Below the pieces are notes generated by a model, which saw nothing but the letters and a program-made list of their open reading frames with translations, searched no databases and was not told the DNA's origin. The translations under genes and the position numbers were made by a program. Source: an uncultured bacterium (lineage in GTDB: Bacteria; Omnitrophota; Omnitrophia; Omnitrophales; Abzuiibacteriaceae). From it: 64,000 bases of DNA. Positions 58,273-64,000 of this stretch are shown here, in pieces. How positions within the stretch are numbered: position 1 is the stretch's first letter; each line of letters opens with the position of its first letter. The stretch lies in NCBI GenBank assembly GCA_964387845.1, contig CAYLXA010000001.1, positions 290,627 to 354,626 on the forward strand, read 5' to 3'.

Positions 58273-60360
58273 TCAGCCCCAAGCCAAGCTGATTTCGCAG
58301 GAAATTAAATGCGCAATGTAATCGCCAAATTCGGCGTTGGAATTGGCAAGATAGTAATAAAGTCCGTATTTTGGCTCAACAGTTACTTTTTCATTCACAT
58401 TCCATTTCAAGCCCGCTTCCAAATCCAGTTTCCGATAATCAGATCCGATCGGCAAGCCTCTGGCAGTAAAATCATTAAAATTATCAGCACGGGCATATTG
58501 CACCGATTGAATAAACGAAACATTTTCTTTCGGCATGTAGCTCGTACTCAATGTCCACGTATCCACATTCGCGTTAAAACCCGGCAGGTTACCGCTTAAT
58601 GCGCCGGCGGCCGGAGTATTGGTGTTTGACATAAGCTTTGAATAGGAGCCCAGAATCATTACATTTTCAACGGGTTGCGATGTAAAATCAAAAATAAAAT
58701 TATTTGAGGTTGTTTCCGTATCAACGCCTGCTAAATTTTCAATGTTCGTCCTGTAATTTGTATCGCGCCCGATAAACCGAAAAGACGGCTGAAGATATTT
58801 GGTTAATGTCAATGCCAACCTCATCATGAATTCATTAATATAGGTGTGCTGGCTGTCAAAAAATGCAGATTTTGAAACTCCTGATGAAACAGTTTCGTAA
58901 ATATCATCGTAATCCGTCATTTTAAGAGTCCTTCGAAAATGCGAAGTAATCCGCACAAATGAAAACGGCGCTGCGTGCCCGCCTAAAGTCATCACGCCAC
59001 GCTGGATGTTTGTAATCGTTTCGCGAATAAAAACTTCACTTGCACTCGCCCCCGACTGTCCGCCAACGCTATCCCGATTTTCAGACATCGGTAACCGGTC
59101 TTGTTCTAATTCCAATTCTGTATAAATAGCCGTCCGCGGAATCGCCGTAAATCTGGCCGTAATCCCTTGTCCCCACCTGAAACCGCTCATACGCGTATCG
59201 CTGACGTCAAATCGGTTAATGCGATTATCGGGCGGATCTGTGGTCTCAACGTTATAAGTAGACTCTCCGCGGCGATTTAAAAATTCTGACTTAACCTTTG
59301 CGCCGATATTGAACCATTTTGTGACCAGGGCCATCATATTAGCAACCCAGGTGTTGGAATGAAAATGGTTGGTTGCGATATTGCCAAAACGGTTTTCAGC
59401 ATTTGCAAATGAACGCGGATTACCATTTTCGTCAAACTCTCGGATATCTTCCCATTCTTTGTTATGGATTTGTGCATATCGATACCCAGCCGAAGTGTAC
59501 ACTTTGTCCTTTAAAAACCACTTCGCGATTCCAAATATTGAGCTGAAAGTGTGTGCTTCCGGCTTTTGCTGCTGCTTTCTAATTAATTTATTACCAGCCG
59601 TAGCATCAGAGTCAGCGCCAAAATATTTCTCGACGCGTGTGTTATCGGATTTCACAATTTCAAATTTTTGCTCGCTTTTAAGTTCATAACCTTTAACGGT
59701 ATGGTCGACTTTCAAGCCAAACGTATCCGCCACTTCGCTCACATCCTGATAGGAAGGCGCTATTTTCCGCGTCACACCGCTCTGAACCACGTCTCCCCAT
59801 GTTAATCTGGATTTTGCACCATTTTTAAATTCGCGCTCATACCCAATCATTACTTTTGGAAAATCCGGTATATCCAGCTCCGCTTCAACGCCGAAATGGC
59901 CGATGTCCAGTTCTAAATCTTTAACCGCGTCGCCAACCCGGAGTGTGTAGTCGCCCCGCGTTAGATTAAACGGATGATAAACACCGCCCGTCCGGTCATA
60001 ATATTTCCGGAACTCTTGGTAATCAAATTTGATTTGTCCCACTTCTTTTTTCTTGATGATGACAACGCCTTCGTAATCATTGTCCGCGGGGATTGCCTTG
60101 CCTTCCATTTTTACCGTAATATCATTCGGAAGCCTGTAAAAAGAATAAAATTCCTCAACGCCTGCGGCGTAATTGTTGCTCTTCCAATGATGCGCTCTGA
60201 ATTTATCGGCTTCCCCGTCCACAAAAATATAACGGACCGGAAGAGGTGTGATATCAAGATGATTTTCTGAATTATTTTCCGAAGCTGCGTATAGAGATTG
60301 AGTGACGGCCAAAGAGACATACGCTAAAACGAATATTAACTTCCAATATGAGCGTCTCAT
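58273..60360 (-). CDS. Outer-membrane beta-barrel (porin-like) protein, candidate porin partner of the adjacent multihaem cytochromes
   Basis: Start trimmed to MRRSYWKLIFVLAYVSLAVTQSLYAASE (signal peptide; TAAGGAGG SD 7 nt upstream). Alternating amphipathic beta-strand-like composition. C-terminus ...ISLAWG with an aromatic-rich end. Confidence 0.5.
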   Translation of the reverse strand: MRRSYWKLIFVLAYVSLAVTQSLYAASENNSENHLDITPLPVRYIFVDGEADKFRAHHWKSNNYAAGVEEFYSFYRLPNDITVKMEGKAIPADNDYEGVVIIKKKEVGQIKFDYQEFRKYYDRTGGVYHPFNLTRGDYTLRVGDAVKDLELDIGHFGVEAELDIPDFPKVMIGYEREFKNGAKSRLTWGDVVQSGVTRKIAPSYQDVSEVADTFGLKVDHTVKGYELKSEQKFEIVKSDNTRVEKYFGADSDATAGNKLIRKQQQKPEAHTFSSIFGIAKWFLKDKVYTSAGYRYAQIHNKEWEDIREFDENGNPRSFANAENRFGNIATNHFHSNTWVANMMALVTKWFNIGAKVKSEFLNRRGESTYNVETTDPPDNRINRFDVSDTRMSGFRWGQGITARFTAIPRTAIYTELELEQDRLPMSENRDSVGGQSGASASEVFIRETITNIQRGVMTLGGHAAPFSFVRITSHFRRTLKMTDYDDIYETVSSGVSKSAFFDSQHTYINEFMMRLALTLTKYLQPSFRFIGRDTNYRTNIENLAGVDTETTSNNFIFDFTSQPVENVMILGSYSKLMSNTNTPAAGALSGNLPGFNANVDTWTLSTSYMPKENVSFIQSVQYARADNFNDFTARGLPIGSDYRKLDLEAGLKWNVNEKVTVEPKYGLYYYLANSNAEFGDYIAHLISCEISLAWG

Positions 60361-60370
60361 GACGGCCTCC

Positions 60371-61153
60371 TTAATATCGAAGATGATCGTCAAAATTGGA
60401 ACCATGAACCGCCGTGTGGCACTTCGCGCTGAAGCAAGTGCCTTGCGCAAGGCGCGTAGCATGATTAGAACTTCCGATGAACGGAAAATTATCTTGTGTA
60501 TGACAACGTAAACATAAATTACTGTCGCGGGCAATCAGCATTTTGTCAGTAATCGAGCCATGAACTTGATGACATGTCGTGCAGCCTTCGCGCAGCGCTT
60601 CATGCTCCCACACAAACGGGCCGCGTTGTTCTTTATGACATTTAAAGCATGCTTCGTTGACATCTTCCATGGTTGTGGATGACCATGGCCTGACTTCCGG
60701 TCCGTGCGGACTATGGCAGTCCGAACAACTCATCTTTCCTTCGAGCACGGGATGGTGGTGCGGAAGATTAAATTCTACTTTTTTATCGGTATGACACGCA
60801 AAACAGACGGACGGATCTTTTCTGGGATTAATGATTTTCTTATCTTGGCTGGATTCTTTTAACTTATCATCCATATCGACATGTAGACTTCCGGGGCCAT
60901 GACAAAGCTCGCAGCCTTGTACCGCCATATCTTTTCCGGGAATGCTGATACGGGAATGGGTCGAAAGTTCAAACTCTTTGACTTCTTTTTCATGGCAAGC
61001 GGCGCAAGTATCCATACCGACATACTCCGCGCCTTCTATGTTATGAACTTCGAGAACTTTTTGGAGGGCTTCTTCGTCGTATTTGCAAGAAGTGACACTG
61101 AGAACGAGGGATAATACCGCAAAACTAACAAAAATGCTGGCTTTTTGATTCAT
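60371..61153 (-). CDS. Multihaem cytochrome c lipoprotein (7 CxxCH plus one CX4CH-like site)
   Basis: Lipoprotein signal MNQKASIFVSFAVLSLVLSVTSC. Haem motifs CAACH, CELCH, CFACH, CSDCH, CFKCH, CTTCH, CLRCH and CFSAKCH. Confidence 0.8.
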   Translation of the reverse strand: MNQKASIFVSFAVLSLVLSVTSCKYDEEALQKVLEVHNIEGAEYVGMDTCAACHEKEVKEFELSTHSRISIPGKDMAVQGCELCHGPGSLHVDMDDKLKESSQDKKIINPRKDPSVCFACHTDKKVEFNLPHHHPVLEGKMSCSDCHSPHGPEVRPWSSTTMEDVNEACFKCHKEQRGPFVWEHEALREGCTTCHQVHGSITDKMLIARDSNLCLRCHTQDNFPFIGSSNHATRLAQGTCFSAKCHTAVHGSNFDDHLRY

Positions 61154-61286
61154 GCTAGCGGTTTATGATTTGTGTTTGCGTACGAATTATATTGTTTTAT
61201 TAAGAAATGACAATCGCTTTTATGGCAGTGAAATTATCGACATTTCCTGAAAAACTTTATGTGACATCTGTCACTTAAATTGACGT

Positions 61287-62777
61287 TTATGCAGGGCCGC
61301 CGGTATGGCAATCCATGCACGATATTTCTTTCCATGATTCTTGATCGCCGTCGGGATGCTTAAATTCCAGCCCATCTACCGAACTTTCCATAGCGCCAAA
61401 TGGACCTTGAGCAATAATCCCGTGGCAAATTTTGCAATCATTTGAAATGATTTTACCCTGCGGGCTTTCATGCTTGCCGTCATGGCAACGGAAACAACCT
61501 GGCGCCATCATGTGCCCGATATTGTCCGGATACGCTTTCCAAGACACATTCATACCCGGGAAAAAGTTGGATTGATAAATTTCAACAATGGCTTGAATAG
61601 AACGGTCTAACTTGTTTTTCTGATTCTGGAAAACTTCCGGATAATTATCCTCGTAAAATTTTTCCAACCGCGACCGAATCTGAGCAGCCGCATCATCATG
61701 AGACTCGTATTTGCCGACCAAAACCTTGACGGCTTCGCGTTTCATATAAGGGAGCTCGGCGGCAATATCGCCTTTTCCCATTGCTTTATTGACAGACCTG
61801 GAAGGCGCTTCATATTGATGGCTGGGCCGATTGTGGCAATCGATGCAGTCCATTTTTCGGATTTCGCCTTGCGGCGGTTTGCTAGCAGAAAATTTTGACT
61901 CACTGTCTACAAAATATTCTTCGCGGCCATCCTCATAAACCACTTTGACCCATGGAATTATTTGACGTTTTTCGTCAGTTGAAACATAGTAAACTTTGTT
62001 CGCAGGGTTCACATGCCAATGGCTTCCATGCGCCTTTTCCCCGCCGCCCACATACATCAGCATGCGGGTGTTCCAAAGTGTGTTACTTTCGTCTGACATG
62101 AAATATTGATGATCCTTCTCAATGGCTCCAAAAAACTTCTCGGGCCAATGACAATGTTCGCATGTTTCTTGAGCGGGCCGTAAATTCTTGACCGGCGCCG
62201 GAATGGGTTTGGAATATTTCTTGAAAATAGATGAATAAATTTGATGGGCGCCGTTAATTTTAGACTTCAAATAATAATCAGGCCCTGGGCCGACATGGCA
62301 TTCAACGCAGGAAACGCGGGCATGCGGCGATTTGTGATACGCGGTAAATTCCGGATGCATGACTTGATGGCAGGTTTTTCCGCAAAATGTCACGGATTCC
62401 GAAAATTGATAAGCCTTGTAAGTTCCAAACATAGAAAAAATCAAGAAAACCGTGAAAAACCCAATGCCGATTAACGCCCAGCGTTGATGGGCCGGATTAT
62501 TAAAATCAATCTGCGGAAACTTGCGGACATAACCTCTTTTCCGGCGCGCCGAACGTTCCCGCCAAGCGCCAAAAAAAATTAAAAAAAGAGTGAGTATAAG
62601 GAAGGCCGGAAGCCCGACATAAGTGATGGATTGCGTGTAGGGATTAATTTCTTTTGAAAGGAATTCGAGGACAATTAAAACTAAGATAGCAGAGAAAATG
62701 ACAATGGAAAGAATTGCGCCGATAATGCTGAGCCAATTTTGAAAAAGGCTTTTGTTTGAATTTGGCAATTCAGACAT
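61287..62777 (-). CDS. Membrane-anchored multihaem cytochrome c with NapC/NirT/NrfH-like N-terminal quinol-dehydrogenase region (6 CxxCH)
   Basis: N-terminal TM, then CGKTCHQVMHPEFTAYHKSPHARVSCVECH, CEHCH, CIDCH, CFRCH, CKICH, CMDCH. Confidence 0.75.
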   Translation of the reverse strand: MSELPNSNKSLFQNWLSIIGAILSIVIFSAILVLIVLEFLSKEINPYTQSITYVGLPAFLILTLFLIFFGAWRERSARRKRGYVRKFPQIDFNNPAHQRWALIGIGFFTVFLIFSMFGTYKAYQFSESVTFCGKTCHQVMHPEFTAYHKSPHARVSCVECHVGPGPDYYLKSKINGAHQIYSSIFKKYSKPIPAPVKNLRPAQETCEHCHWPEKFFGAIEKDHQYFMSDESNTLWNTRMLMYVGGGEKAHGSHWHVNPANKVYYVSTDEKRQIIPWVKVVYEDGREEYFVDSESKFSASKPPQGEIRKMDCIDCHNRPSHQYEAPSRSVNKAMGKGDIAAELPYMKREAVKVLVGKYESHDDAAAQIRSRLEKFYEDNYPEVFQNQKNKLDRSIQAIVEIYQSNFFPGMNVSWKAYPDNIGHMMAPGCFRCHDGKHESPQGKIISNDCKICHGIIAQGPFGAMESSVDGLEFKHPDGDQESWKEISCMDCHTGGPA

Positions 62778-62814
62778 TTTTTACTTTTTTCCCGTATCGA
62801 TACAGTGCCGACTG

Positions 62815-63378
62815 TTACGATTTCGGTTTTGGATGTGCAATCTTTGCTTGGCGCTCTTTGTAATCAAACGGCTTGTAGGTCGGGCTTTCCTGATTATGGC
62901 ACTTCACGCACGTACTTTCATCCGGTAACAACAAACCATTTTCAATCGATGCCTGGCGGTCTTCCATAACACTTTTCTTCATATAATCCTTACCGGGCCC
63001 GTGACAGCTTTCGCAGGAAACACCTTCCTCTACCGGAATCGCATCAGAAACTTTTGTTTCGCCAAACCAATAAGCCGTTGAGTGGCATTTTAAACACTTG
63101 CCGCTGGTTTGAGGATCGCTAATACCTAATTTGGCAGCCGCTTCTTTCGCGGCGGGTGTGCCGAGTGTTTCAAATGCTTTAGCATGCATGGATTCCTGCC
63201 AAATCCGGAATTGCTCACCTTCTTCCGGTTTTTTGTGGCACAGGGAACATTTTTTGGCTCCGATAAATTCATGTGCAGGCGCTGCTGCAAAAACAGGTTG
63301 ATGGCTGAGAAAAAATACGGAAATAACAGCTAGGAAATATTTGAGAAAAATACCGGAATGAAACGAGTGCTTTGACAT
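62815..63378 (-). CDS. Tetrahaem cytochrome c, periplasmic
   Basis: Start trimmed to MSKHSFHSGIFLKYFLAVISVFFLSHQPVFAAAPA (signal peptide). CSLCH, CLKCH, CESCH, CVKCH. Confidence 0.7.
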   Translation of the reverse strand: MSKHSFHSGIFLKYFLAVISVFFLSHQPVFAAAPAHEFIGAKKCSLCHKKPEEGEQFRIWQESMHAKAFETLGTPAAKEAAAKLGISDPQTSGKCLKCHSTAYWFGETKVSDAIPVEEGVSCESCHGPGKDYMKKSVMEDRQASIENGLLLPDESTCVKCHNQESPTYKPFDYKERQAKIAHPKPKS

Positions 63379-63652
63379 ATTTTGGTGGCTCCTGTTTAGC
63401 TTCCTACTTTGCACTCTTATATACGAAATGCCCGCTCGTGCATGTGACATTCATCACTGCCCCAGCGTAACTTTAAAACAAAAATCACACTCTAATTAGA
63501 ACGCTGGGACTGGACTCATTTCCTCTAGACTCACGCTTTTCTCAATGAAAATGAGTCCTGCACGAATTTTATCAATAAATGAAGATAGAAAGCAATTGCC
63601 AATAATTCTCACAAATTATCGTAATTTGCCGTCAATTTATGAAGAAAATAAT

Positions 63653-63686
63653 TGACCCATATCAGCGAAGTGCTAGAGTAAACAAA
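63653..63686 (+). promoter_or_regulatory. Putative sigma70-like promoter (TTGACC-N16-TAGAGT) for the right-edge small gene
   Basis: ttgacccatatcagcgaagtgctagagt, about 20 nt upstream of a GAGGAGG SD and the ATG at 63707. Sequence resemblance only. Confidence 0.25.
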
Positions 63687-63706
63687 AAGTTGAGGAGGTG
63701 CTCACA

Positions 63707-64000
63707 TGCAAAGCGTGTTACTATTAATTGCTCTCGGTTTTGGCTTTAAAATATTCGCGGAAGCCAGTGAAAAGCAGAAAAAACCCATTAAACAGCTCGG
63801 CCGGTTGGTCGGTATTATCATCATGATTGTCAGCCTTTGCGGCGTTTTGTGCAGCATTTTCGCCTGCATGAAAGGCAGCCCCTGTGGTCCGGCGACGGCC
63901 GGCTATTGCCCTACTCATGGATCCGAAAAAGGAATGATGGGTTTCGGCCATTACGGGATGAAAAAGGATAAGGCGATGTGCCCCTTGTTTGGTTCAGCCG
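63707..64000 (+). CDS. Small Cys-rich membrane protein, partial (runs off the window end). Not in the ORF track because there is no stop in the window.
   Basis: Strong SD GAGGAGGTG 7 nt before ATG. MQSVLLLIALGFGFKIFAEASEKQKKPIKQLGRLVGIIIMIVSLCGVLCSIFACMKGSPCGPATAGYCPTHGSEKGMMGFGHYGMKKDKAMCPLFGSA. The overlapping minus-strand ORF 63724..63951 is judged spurious. Confidence 0.45.

Noticed and set aside
60361-60534. 58-aa N-terminal extension of the OM protein ORF overlapping the cytochrome gene
   Set aside because: A downstream Met gives a canonical signal peptide preceded by TAAGGAGG. The extension would overlap the 3' end of the upstream cytochrome gene.
1-64000. CRISPR arrays, tRNA/rRNA genes, transposases/integrases
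   Set aside because: No regularly spaced direct repeats with unique spacers, no cloverleaf-like tRNA sequence in intergenic regions, and no transposase/integrase-like ORF were found. All repeats seen are palindromic REP/MITE-like.

Overview
This 64-kb chromosomal segment is almost entirely minus-strand genes. It looks FCB-group-like (Chlorobi/Ignavibacteria/Bacteroidetes-like; inferred from the LDH-type malate dehydrogenase, class II NrdJ, many SD-less starts and GC near 45-50 %). Recognisable genes: a left-edge glycan cluster (GT2 glycosyltransferase, PEGA-domain protein, SDR); nrdJ; mnmE; folC; purH; a PabC-like class IV aminotransferase; a PabB/TrpE-family enzyme; a DUF1015-like protein; a CsaA-like tRNA-binding protein; myo-inositol-1-phosphate synthase; a polyamine set (pdaD, agmatinase, circularly permuted ATP-grasp); a TCA block (sucCD, sdhCAB, mdh, ppc); a fatty-acid desaturase; two cation antiporters; a System II cytochrome c biogenesis pair (ccsBA); and an outer-membrane beta-barrel plus three multihaem cytochrome c genes resembling a porin-cytochrome module. 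The dominant feature is a single uninterrupted 17.9-kb ORF (13405..31332, 5975 aa) wedged between the PabB-like and PabC-like genes. It concatenates whole-enzyme-sized modules: signal peptide, SAM methyltransferase, lipoprotein-like signal, PglC/WbaP-type sugar-1-phosphate transferase, PPDK/PEP-synthase-like phosphohistidine module, histidine phosphatase and an HPr-like domain. These are separated by about 22 copies of a short peptide motif, R-S-E-L-R and close variants, encoded with varied codons. Several small repeat families are also present: nested GGGAGAGGG/GGGTGAGGG REP-like hairpins (three of four copies are translated in-frame inside genes), heptad (NNTAAGT)4 palindromes abutting start codons, MITE-like palindromes and a duplicated roughly 90-bp GC-rich element. 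The region 34.7-38.5 kb is a repeat-dense hotspot carrying an ORF6N/KilA-N gene and an AT-rich orphan gene. All calls rest on reading the sequence and recalled family motifs; no searches were run.
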